A stretch of DNA of 64,000 bases from an uncultured Planctomycetota bacterium (GTDB taxonomy: Bacteria; Planctomycetota; Planctomycetia; Isosphaerales; Isosphaeraceae), in contig CAWJTV010000033.1 of NCBI GenBank assembly GCA_963845755.1, positions 384,001 through 448,000 on the forward strand. The letters are read 5' to 3'. Position 1 is the first letter of the stretch. Each line of letters begins with the position of its first letter. Below the pieces are notes generated by a model that saw only the letters and a list, made by a program, of their open reading frames with translations, did no database searches and was not told where the DNA came from. The position numbers and the translations under genes were made by a program. Shown one piece after another: positions 54,969-64,000 of this stretch.

Positions 54969-56219
54969 TCAGCGTAGCTCAGGGAGCCCGGACCAACCGA
55001 CCCGACCAGGGCGGCTCGGCAGCCCACCAAGCCTCGATCCAAGGCCCGCGCGAACGCGATCAGTGTCAAGGTCGCGCATCGCCGGCTTGAGGTTCCTCAG
55101 CCAGAAGCTTTGCATCAAGGCATATACCACGAACGACGTCAGCAGGAAATTGACGATCGCCTGAGCCGCGTGCTTGAAGCAGTGGTTCAAACCCCAATGC
55201 GTTGCCAGCGTGTTGAAGCAATCGTTCTCGATGTCCCAGCGGGCATGGCCAAACCGCCACAGCCCGCGCGTCGAGAGCTGGGACTTCGTCAGCGTCGTGG
55301 CCCACGACCAAGTCGTCGTCTCGTCCGTCTCCTGCCACTGGCCGGCGATCCGCTCTCGCTTTCGCACGGTCTCCTCGGTGCGCAAGAACCGCAGCGGTTG
55401 CTGGACGCCTTCGCACGAGGTGAACCCGTCCTCGTCCCAAAACTGCACGGTGCGCCGCGCTTTCTCATCGACCCAACCACCGGGCTGCTGATGGGCAAAC
55501 AACCCCGCCGCGTCCTGCACCAGCAGTCGATTCTCTCCCTTGGCCGTGACGATGACATGCTTCTGATGATCCCGGCAGAAGTTGATGAAGGGCGCGTCGA
55601 AGTACAAGGCGTCGCCGGCCACCACATCGAAGAAGCGAGGATATTGGGTGAACACCCGTTCGAGGAGTCGCTTGGCGGCGGTCTCTTCCCCCTCGCCGGG
55701 CCGGAGCAATTCGACATCCAAGACCAGCGCCAGATCTTGACCGATCAGATGGCAGACCGCCCCCTGATGATAGAATTCCGTCACCTTCTCCCCATCGACG
55801 GTGAGGGTCCGGGTCTGGCAGTCCGGGCAACACCGCTTCCGGCTCGAGAAGAACTCATGGCCGTCCACCGCCGCGACGTACCAGCCCTCGTGGCTGGTCA
55901 ACGCCTTGTTCCGCTTGAGTCGGTGGGCGATGTCGCCGACCATGTCCCTCAGGGGTTGGCTGTCCATCAGCGCATAGATGCGGCCGAGGGAGTCGACGCT
56001 GGGGACCTTCGCCCCCACGATGCCGCGCAGCCGGGCGGGGATGCGCAGGTCCGGCTCGAGGTCATTGAGACTGCGGCGGCGGGTGGCGAAGAGCGTAAAG
56101 GCACTGGCGAAGGCCGCGGCGGTGGGGATGCGAGGCCGGAGCCGAGAGTCGGTCAGGGTGAAGAATCGCTCTCCCAACCCGAAGACCTTCTCGACATAGG
56201 CACAGAATCGTGCCATCAC
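54969..56219 (-). CDS. DDE transposase (IS4/ISAs1-like clan); 3' end possibly frameshifted
   Basis: AAVDGHE, VVAGDALY, RWDIENDCFNTL. Confidence 0.88.
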   Translation of the reverse strand: MMARFCAYVEKVFGLGERFFTLTDSRLRPRIPTAAAFASAFTLFATRRRSLNDLEPDLRIPARLRGIVGAKVPSVDSLGRIYALMDSQPLRDMVGDIAHRLKRNKALTSHEGWYVAAVDGHEFFSSRKRCCPDCQTRTLTVDGEKVTEFYHQGAVCHLIGQDLALVLDVELLRPGEGEETAAKRLLERVFTQYPRFFDVVAGDALYFDAPFINFCRDHQKHVIVTAKGENRLLVQDAAGLFAHQQPGGWVDEKARRTVQFWDEDGFTSCEGVQQPLRFLRTEETVRKRERIAGQWQETDETTTWSWATTLTKSQLSTRGLWRFGHARWDIENDCFNTLATHWGLNHCFKHAAQAIVNFLLTSFVVYALMQSFWLRNLKPAMRDLDTDRVRAGLGSRLGGLPSRPGRVGWSGLPELR

Positions 56220-56590
56220 GGTGAAGCGGCCTCCGATCCCGAGGGCGCCTGGCGTCGCGCCAGGGACTGTTTCTGCTGCACGAGGTCCTGGAGGTTGTGC
56301 TGAGAGATCTCCTCAAGCAGTCGCTTGACCCGGCGCCCGGCCTGGACCGCTTGGCGGACCGGGTCGTGGAGGGCCTTGGGGATATAGGTGCCGATCTGCT
56401 TGCCCTCCGAGCGGGTGTAGAGATAGAGAGCCGGATGCTTTTGGCCACGCTGGCACCGGCAATACGGCTTACCACAAGAGCGATACCGAAGCACGAGCGA
56501 GCCGCGGAGAAACGGTTCGTTGGCGAGGATTTGAGCGGCGCGGGAGCGTGCCTGGCGTTCCGGGCTGGAACGTTGAGTCCGTGAAGTCAT
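56216..56590 (-). CDS. DUF6788-like IS accessory protein
   Basis: GSLVLRYRSCGKPYCRCQRGQKHP; GTGA overlap with the transposase. Confidence 0.8.
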   Translation of the reverse strand: MTSRTQRSSPERQARSRAAQILANEPFLRGSLVLRYRSCGKPYCRCQRGQKHPALYLYTRSEGKQIGTYIPKALHDPVRQAVQAGRRVKRLLEEISQHNLQDLVQQKQSLARRQAPSGSEAASP

Positions 56591-56770
56591 CGAGGTCTCC
56601 TGTTCTGGGCGAGGAATTATACGCCAGTACAGGTAGCCCAGGTCAAGGGCGCCAGCGAGTGCGAATTTGCTCGGTCTGCGCCGGAGAGCGATAACCGGAA
56701 GACGGATCGGAGGTTATCCCTCCGCAAAAAACTCCATTGCGGAATCGCTGGCCGATGACCTTATTTTTTC

Positions 56771-56972
56771 GACACTCCTCGCCGAACACCACCACGGGAA
56801 GAAGGCGGCCCACTCTCGTTCCCACGCTCCGCGTGGGAATGCCGGGTTCGACGCTCCGCGTCGCGTCGTTGGTCTCCGTCCGGGAAGAGGACGCGGAGCG
56901 TCCCAGACGGCATTCCCACGCGGAGCGTGGGAACGAGGAGGCAACCGGCGGTGGTGTTGAGCGAGGAGTGTC
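56771..56972. mobile_element. MITE-like element with an internal REP-like palindrome
   Basis: Ends gacactcctcgccgaacaccacc / ggtggtgttgagcgaggagtgtc; interior ctcgttcccacgctccgcgtgggaatgcc ... ggcattcccacgcggagcgtgggaacgag. Confidence 0.75.
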
Positions 56973-56984
56973 GTTTATTTCGGG

Positions 56985-57925
56985 AACGCCGTCGCCTTCC
57001 GTCCCGATGGCCGCTGGATTGTCGCCGCGAGTGACGACGGTCGGGTCATCGTCTGGGACGTGGAAACCGGCCGCGAGGTGCACACGTTGCTGGGGCACAG
57101 CGGGGAGGTTAACGCGGTCGCCTTCAGCCCCGACGGTCATCGCATCGCCTCGGGCGGGCAAGACGGCACGATCAAGCTCTGGGACGCCGACACGGGTGAA
57201 GAGGTTTTCACACTCCGGGGGCACCTTGATGTCGATTCTCGGACTAGCGTTCAGTCCCGACGGCAACCGGACCGCCTCGGCCAGCACCGACACGACGGTG
57301 AAGATGTGGGATATTTCGTCACCCACCCCCGAGATCGTCGATTCGCCGCCGGGCCCTTGCGCTCGTCGAGCCGCTGTTCACCAAACTCCTCACGAGGGAG
57401 GACGTCCTCGAGAGTCTGCGTAACAATTCCACCCTGAGCGAGCCGGTGCGAACCCAGGCCCTGGCCCTGGCGGAACGTTATCCCGTCGATGCGATGGGCC
57501 TCAACAATGCCAGTTGGAGCGTCGTCCGGCTGCCCGATGCCGAGGCGGCGGCGTATCGCCTGGCCTTGCGACAGGCCGAGGCCGCCTGCCGAAACAGGCC
57601 GGAATACGGCGTATTCCTCAACACTCTCGGGGTAGCCCAGTACCGCGTGGGCCAGTACCGGGAGGCGGCGGCGACGCTGACACACGCTCATGAGCTGAAC
57701 TCGGTCGCGAATCACGGCTCCGACCCAGCGGACCTGGCGTTTCTGGCCATGGCCCAGCACCGCCAGGGACAACCCGAGAACGCCCGTGCGACCCTGAGCT
57801 GGCTGCGCGAGTCGATGAAAGAAACGCGTTGGGCAAATGATCTTGAGTCGCAGGGCTTCCTGAGAGAGGCCGAGGCGTTGGTCCGCCTCGACCCGATCTT
57901 CCCGGCCGACCCATTCGCCCGTTGA
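56985..57925 (+). pseudogene. C-terminal WD40 + TPR remnant of a kinase-type protein (5' truncated, frameshifted)
   Basis: GHSGEVNAVAFSPDG..IKLWD WD40 units; LNNASW, FLNTLGVAQYR, DLAFLAMA; ends DPIFPADPFAR. Confidence 0.75.
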
Positions 57926-58248
57926 CGCCGGCCGGGGGCTCGGTTCGAACTGACTCGGGGCCACAGCCGCCTGGCCGCAAGCCGCCAGTAACGTTGAAGT
58001 GGACCCCAAATACGGGACCACTCGGGATGTTAAGAGTCGCTTCGGTTTCCGGAGGGTGCCACCGTTGCCAACGGAACCTCCTCGAACCGGTTAGCGTACG
58101 TTCCTGTTCCAATGATAGTGGGACCCCAGATAGGGCAAGGTCAAACCCACGAAGCGGATCGCCCGACACCTATTGCATCCCATCTCGGGGATCGGCGAAT
58201 ATCCGGTGTGGTCATCCCCAGTGCCTTCGATGCTCGGGGTCAGGTCCG

Positions 58249-59277
58249 ATGACAAGCGCAATCACGATCTCCGGTGCCGAGACCATCCGACGACGAGCTC
58301 AGCTCGCGCTGGCCCTCATCCTGCTTGTCGTCACGAACCAACCCTCGCGCGCGGCCGAGCCACGCTTTCTCCTGTCCTGGGGGAAACAGGGAGCCAAACC
58401 CGGCGAGTTCCACTTCCCGATCGGGATCGCCGTCAACCGCTCGGATGAAGTGCTGGTCACGGACCACTATAATCACCGCGTCCAGAAATTCGACCGCGAC
58501 GGCAAGCTGCTGACCGTCATCGCCGTGCTGCCGAACCCGGGCGGCATTGCACTGGACAAGGCGGGGAATCTCTACCTCAGCCACTTCCCGGCTTCGGCGC
58601 GGACCAAGGACACGAACCCCGACCGGCTCACGGTTTACGCTCCCTCCGGCAAGCTTCTCCACGAGTGGGGGAAAACCGGCGCCGGACCCGGTGAATTCAA
58701 TTACCCCGGCGGCCTGGCGATCGCCCCGGACGGCCGCGTCTATATCGCCGATCAGACCAACCACCGCATGCAAGTGCTCGACTCCGACGGCCGGTTCCTC
58801 TTTGCCTGGGGGAAGCACGGAACGAAGCCCGGCGAGTTCGGCGGGAATACCAATCCCAGGTCGCGGGCCGGCGGCCCGGATTTCGTCGCGCTCGACAAGC
58901 GGGGCAACGTCTACACGACCGAAGCCATGGACGGCCGGATCCAGAAATTCACGTCCGACGGTACCTTCCTCCTGGGCTTCGGCACGCTTGAGGATCGCCC
59001 CGGCGGCTTCGGCCGGGACTTCAAGCCCATCGGGAAGATGCACGGCCCGATCGCCATCTGCTGCGACCGCGAAGACCGCCTGTGGATCAGCGCCGCCGGA
59101 GGCAGAGTCCAGCAATTCACGAGCGATGGACGTTATCTGCGCGGCTTCGGTGAACAGGGAAGAGAGCCGGGCCAGTTCCTGGCTCCCCACGGCGTGGCGC
59201 TCGACAGCCACGGGGAACTGTACGTCGTGGACGCCTACAATCACCGCGTTCAGAAGTTTAATGTCGGGGCGCCGTAG
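58249..59277 (+). CDS. NHL-repeat beta-propeller protein
   Basis: WGKxGxxPGEFxxPxGIA, DxYNHRVQKF repeats; signal-like N-terminus. Confidence 0.88.
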   Translation: MTSAITISGAETIRRRAQLALALILLVVTNQPSRAAEPRFLLSWGKQGAKPGEFHFPIGIAVNRSDEVLVTDHYNHRVQKFDRDGKLLTVIAVLPNPGGIALDKAGNLYLSHFPASARTKDTNPDRLTVYAPSGKLLHEWGKTGAGPGEFNYPGGLAIAPDGRVYIADQTNHRMQVLDSDGRFLFAWGKHGTKPGEFGGNTNPRSRAGGPDFVALDKRGNVYTTEAMDGRIQKFTSDGTFLLGFGTLEDRPGGFGRDFKPIGKMHGPIAICCDREDRLWISAAGGRVQQFTSDGRYLRGFGEQGREPGQFLAPHGVALDSHGELYVVDAYNHRVQKFNVGAP

Positions 59278-59366
59278 CGTCGCATTTCTCGCATTCACAG
59301 TTGGGGAGGACGTCAATCGACAGTGGGCGTCTCCCCATAGGGGTTCCGATAGCAACGCCGGCCGTC

Positions 59367-59501
59367 GAGTCGGAGGCGAACCTGCCCTTGATGCGGCTTA
59401 TCGACGAACAGTTCCTCAGGACCCCGTTCTACGGCAGCCGACGGATGACGATATCTCTGGAGCGTGCCGGGGAGACGGTCAATCGCGAGCGGGTCCAGCG
59501 A
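59367..59501 (+). mobile_element. IS3-family orfB fragment
   Basis: ESEANLPLMRLIDEQFLRTPFYGSRRMT..VNRERVQR. Confidence 0.75.
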
Positions 59502-59530
59502 GCGTTTCACGGTTGGATTGCGCACAGGCC

Positions 59531-59625
59531 CCGTCACCCCAACCCTCTCCCCGTGGGGTCGATGGCGACGCATCGCGTCCCCTTCTCCCCCCGGGAGAAG
59601 GTGCCCGAAGGGCGGATGAGGGGGT
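59531..59625. repeat. REP-like palindromic repeat
   Basis: ccgtcaccccaaccctctcccc ... cccttctcccccgggagaaggtgcccgaagggcggatgaggg. Confidence 0.55.
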
Positions 59626-59702
59626 CCCTCCAGCCGAATCGACGGCATGCGCAATGCGCGTGTTCGGCGCTCTCGCCGGCTTGAGTCGCCGGTCGCGGGC
59701 AC

Positions 59703-59993
59703 TCAGGCGATGTTGAGCGGTGCCTCGCGGAGGATGCGGTAGTTGCCCGGCCGAGAGAGCCACGCCGCGGCGAGGACGGCGGCGCCGCCGGTGCATTCGT
59801 CGGGTCCGTCGGAACGGAAGTCCTCCATGCGGATCAACACGGGGAAGACCTCGCGGATCTCGTCGGCGAGCTCGGGGTGGCGGCGGCAGTATTCCTCGAG
59901 GGTGGGCCGCTCGCCGCGGCGCTGACGGCGGAGGAAGTCGTCGGCGAGGGCCTCGACGGGGTTGCGATCACTACTCCTGGAGGAGGTGATCAT
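59703..59993 (-). pseudogene. Truncated third copy of the tandem kinase gene (N-terminus only)
   Basis: Near-identical to the 63291 N-terminus (RNPVEALADDFLRRQRRGERPTLE..YRILRE), then breaks off. Confidence 0.88.
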
Positions 59994-62900
59994 GGCTTGG
60001 GTCCCCGTGCGTCGGAAGCCGGCACGTCATCGTCCGGGCCCGATTCGGGCCGGAATGGGTCGGCGGGGAAGCGCTGGTCCATCAGTAGTAATTGGAGCTC
60101 GGATCGACCGCCCAGGATCTGATCGACCATCGCCGTGAGCATGGGTCGCCGGAAGCCCAGCCGGACTGCCTCCCGGACCTCGGCGATCGCGCGCTCGGCG
60201 TGCTGTTGGAGTCCGGGGTGCTCGTCGGGTCGGCCCGGGCCAGCGGGGCGACCCACCGCGAAGAAGAAGGCGTGTGCAGCCCCGAGGCAGAACCTGTTGA
60301 ACACCCAACTGCGAGAGCTTCGACTCCTCAATCGCTGCGGCGGCCTGGTCGGCGGCCCGTGCCGCCTCGTGCACACGACCGGCCCGGAGTTCGATCAACC
60401 CCTCGATCAGCAGGCCCTGGCCTTTGCCGCCAGGAAGCCTGACCTCTGGGCGTGGGGATGTTCGCGGAGGGCCCGCTCCACGACCTCACGCATCCGAACC
60501 GCCGTCCGTCGTGCATCCTCACCGCGGCCCGCGCTCAACTCGACGATCGCGCGGTCCCTGAGCGCATCGACGAAGAATTCCTGGTACCAGAAGTAATCCG
60601 GATGATTCCGGACCAATTCCTGGAGGAGGGCCACACTCCGTTCGCTGTGCTGCAAGGCCTCATCGAGCCGGCGATTTTCCAGGGCACATTGGCCGAGGAT
60701 CTCCTCACTCAGGGACTCTTCGCGAAGGGCGGTCGCCCTCTGATCAGGGGGCAAAGAGCCGATGATTGCGGCCGCCCGGGAAGCGTATCGTCCACCGAGT
60801 GCGAAATCTCCCAATCCCACATAGGAGATGCCGATAAAAGCGAGGGAACCGGCCATGTCAACCCTGTACGAGGTCACGGTGGGATTCGCGTCGGCGAGCT
60901 GCCGGAAGATAGCCAGCCCGCGCTCGACGGCCCGTTTCGCCTCGGTCGCCCGACCGCTGTTGCCGTATGGGTACCAGGAGCTCAGGTAGCTGCGGCCGAG
61001 CCTCTGCCGGTCTGTGTCGCTGGCGAACGGTCCGGATGCGAGCTGCTCGAGGACCGCTTGCGATACCTTCACGGCCTCGGCGGCTTCGTCCTGCCGCCCC
61101 AGGCCAACGAGACTCATCACCAGTCGGTCGAGAGCGGACGCGAGCCCCCGGCGGTACTCGGTCAGCCCATCCACGGCAGTCGGCAGGGTATACGGGGGGG
61201 CATCGCGGATCAGGTCCTCGCAGAGCACCCTCGCCCGTTCGAGCAGGGATATCCCCTCGTCGGGGTGGCCGGATCGATCGAGCAGCCAACCGTCGAGCGA
61301 ATCACACTCGGCCTCCAGCCGCCGGACGCCGCCGTCTGAGGGATTTTCCCGGGCCAGCGGCGCGAGGATCGCCCGCGCCTGGTCCAGTTCGGCCCGGGCC
61401 TCGTCGACTCGAGACTGGGAGTCGAACTGCTCCGCGAGGGCCAGACGGCAACGGCCCAGGTGCCGCCGCGCGGCGGGATCGCTCGGCTGCTCCCGCGCAG
61501 GGCGGGGCGCAGCGCCAGGGCCTCTCGGAGCGACCGGACCGCCTTGTCGGGGGCATCGACCTTGGCGTACAGGATCCCCGCGTCCAACACCGCCTCGGCC
61601 AGGGCCGACCGCGACGCCCGATCCGTCTCGTCCTCCAGTGATGTCCGGAGCTTCTCATAGAATTGCTGCGACTGGCCCAGCAACTTCTTCCGCAGGCCTT
61701 CGAGCGCCTTTTCCTTGAGGATCACGTCCTCGCTGGCGCCGGTGGTGAAGGCGCTGACGGCTTCCATGGCCAGATCGAACCGTGCCTGAGCTTTGCGGTT
61801 GGCCACCCCGGCCGCGGCCAGGTTGGCCTCCGCCTGCCGCCACTGCCAGGACACGGCAACGAGCCCGGCCAGCAGGGCCAGCAGCAGCCCGGCGGCCAGA
61901 GATGTCACCACCGGGTTCCGCCGCCCCCACCGCCACGCCTGCTCCAAGGCGCTCACCCGCCGCGCCTTGATCGGCTTGTCCTCGAGGTACCGCTGCAAGT
62001 CCTCGACCAGGGCCGCGGCAGTCGGGTATCGCCGCCCCGGGTCGCGGTCGATCGCCTTGTGGACAACCGTCTCCAGGTCGCGCGGTAGGTGCGGCACCAG
62101 CCCCCGCAGCCGCTCCGGGACATCGCTCATGACCCGGCGCATCAGCTCGTGGCGGTCGACTGCCGAGAACGCCGGACGCAAGGCCAGCAGCTCGTAGAGG
62201 CTCAGGCCCAGGGCGTACACATCGCTTCGCGCGTCGCACTTGCCAGCGAAGCGCTCTGGGGCCATGTAGCGGACGGTGCCGACGATGTCGCCGGAGTGGG
62301 TGATATCCTCGGCGTCCGCGGCCTTGGCCAAGCCGAAGTCGGCCACCCAGACGTTCCCCTTCGGGTCCAGCAGGAGGTTCGATGGCTTGACGTCACGGTG
62401 CAGGACGCCCTGGCGGTTGGCGTACTCCAGCGCCTCAGCCACCTGGAGCCCGATGCGCGCCACGCTGCGGAAGAAGGTGCGGTCGGGATCGGACCGGGCC
62501 AGCGAGTCGGCCGAGGCGCCAGGCAGGCTGACCACCGAGGATTCCGCCGGCCTCGGCGCGAGGGTGGCGGGCCGCACGAGCGGGGCCGACACCGAGGCCG
62601 CCAGCGTGGTCCCGGGCTGGGGTACCCCGTCGGCCCCTCCGGCCGGCGAGAACCGCCCGGTGAGGATTGCCTCGGCGACTTCCGCCGCGCTGACCGCCCC
62701 GTTTGAGGGGGCGCGCCCTCCCGGTGGGCCGGTGCTCCCGGCGCCCTGCCGCAGCCGGCGCAACTCCTCCAGCACGGCGTCCAGGCCCATGCCGGGGATG
62801 AACTGCATCACGTAGTAATGGTGCCCCTCGTCCCGCCCCACACCGAAGACCGGCACGATGTTGGTGTGGTGCAGCCGCGCCGCGGCCCGCGCCTCCCGTT

Positions 62901-63291
62901 GGAACCGCAGCACCTGCTGCGCATCCGACAGCGCCGCATCAGGCAGGACCTTGAGGGCGACGCGTCGGCCGAGCGACTCCTGCTCGGCCTCGTAGACCAC
63001 GCCCATGCCGCCCCGGCCGACCTCGCGGAGGATGCGGTAGTCGCCAAGCCGCTCCAACCGCGTCGCGGTGTGGACGGGTACGCCGCCGGTGGAGTCGTCG
63101 GGGCCGTCGGAGCGGAGGTCCTCCATGCGGATCAACACAGGGAAGACCTCGCGGATCTCGTCGGCGAGCTCGGGGTGTCGCCGGCAGTAGTCCTCGAGCG
63201 TGGGCCGCTCGCCGCGCCGCTGGCGGCGGAGGAAGTCGTCGGCCAGGGCCTCGACGGGGTTGCGATCCTGGCTGGTGCCGGAGGCGGTCAT
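59990..63291 (-). CDS. Ser/Thr kinase - TM - TPR protein (frameshifts ~61500, ~60415, ~60305)
   Basis: GRGGMG, VALK, HRDVKPSN, DFG, APE; TM VVTSLAAGLLLALLAGLVAV; ends DQRFPADPFRP. Confidence 0.88.
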
Positions 63292-64000
63292 GACCTGGGT
63301 CCTCGTGGGTTGGAGGCCGGCTCGTCATCGTCCGAGCCCGGTTCGGGCCGGAACGGATCGGCGGGGAAGAGCTGGTCCATGAGCAAGTTCCGCAGCTCGG
63401 GCCGGTCGGGCAAGAGGCTGACGGCCATCACCGAAAGGTCGGGACGTCGGAATCCCCTCCGGTCCGCTTCGAGCATGTCGGTGACCGCGCGATCGGCATT
63501 CGCACGGAGGCCGGGGGGCTCGGCCGGGCGGCTCGGTCCCGCGGGCCGGCCCGAGACGAACAAGAGGGCGTGCGCAGCCCCCCGGGAAAACAGGTCCGCG
63601 GAGAACAATGGCGTCGGCAAGCCGTCGATCTCGGTCGCGGCCCGGTCGGCGGCCCCGGACGCCGCGGGCAGGCGGCCGACCCGTATGAGGATGTAGCTTT
63701 CGAGTAACAGCCCAGAGATCAGGTGGCTCCGAACGTACCGCCTCCTGGGGTACTTGTGGAGGAATTCCTCGGTGAGTTCGCGGTGACGGTGCAAGCTCCC
63801 CAGGGCCTCCTCCGGCCGGCCAACGTTCAGCTCGATCAACGCTCGGACTACCGGCAACTCCGCGAAGGGTATCTGAAGTTGGATTGAGTCGGGAAAAGCC
63901 CGCACCGACTCCTCGCAGATGGCGATGGCCCGGTTGATGTGCCGGAGCGCCTCGCCCAGATGTCCGTCTCGGAAGTCGCAGAGGGCCAGGGCCCGCTCGG
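63288..64000 (-). CDS. C-terminal TPR part of an upstream paralogous kinase (partial)
   Basis: RGAAHALLFVSGRPAG..DQLFPADPFRPEPGSDDD paralogous to 59990-60300; ATGA overlap with the next gene. Confidence 0.8.
   Translation of the reverse strand, partial: ERALALCDFRDGHLGEALRHINRAIAICEESVRAFPDSIQLQIPFAELPVVRALIELNVGRPEEALGSLHRHRELTEEFLHKYPRRRYVRSHLISGLLLESYILIRVGRLPAASGAADRAATEIDGLPTPLFSADLFSRGAAHALLFVSGRPAGPSRPAEPPGLRANADRAVTDMLEADRRGFRRPDLSVMAVSLLPDRPELRNLLMDQLFPADPFRPEPGSDDDEPASNPRGPRS

Larger units (their letters stand above)
54754..56750 (-). mobile_element. Complete 1,997-bp IS with 14-bp TIRs and 9-bp target duplication
   Basis: TIR cagcgattccgcaa (54754-54767) / ttgcggaatcgctg (56737-56750); TSD gccgatgac at 54745-54753 and 56751-56759. 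Confidence 0.92.

Noticed and set aside
1..64000. CRISPR array, tRNA or rRNA
   Set aside because: No regularly spaced short direct repeats with unique spacers, and no tRNA or rRNA signature seen; the periodic repeats are coding or palindromic.

Overview
High-GC bacterial DNA with hallmarks of Planctomycetota, probably Isosphaeraceae-like (inferred from a DUF4058 gene, LExRxLL export motifs and expanded Ser/Thr kinase-TPR genes). Positions 1-17 kb are mostly core genes: SRP RNA-dnaX-ybaB-recR, rpoN, polyprenyl synthase, moaC, a GT-C glycosyltransferase, TerC, an oxidoreductase and a patatin. Positions 17-64 kb are largely accessory: kinase-TPR genes, an HTH-ImmA/PIN pair, a caspase-pseudokinase-kinase fusion convergent with a kinase-DUF4384 gene, a 9 kb TIGR03032 + giant Ig-repeat adhesin segment bracketed by a duplicated SDR 3' end, nested IS elements and several palindromic MITE/REP-like repeats. 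The best candidate for a new system is a ~1,790-aa receptor split over four ORFs (51829->46449): lipoprotein signal, 21 BNR/YCF48 blades, TM helix, NACHT-like NTPase and a TIR/NDT-like domain, i.e. a Toll-like/NLR hybrid architecture. Also notable are an A9 slippage site in dnaX, a sigma-factor-like protein with a planctomycete export motif, and a sigma-54 box upstream of rpoN. Many accessory genes carry single-base frameshifts that may be assembly errors. All family calls come from motif recognition by eye, not from database searches.
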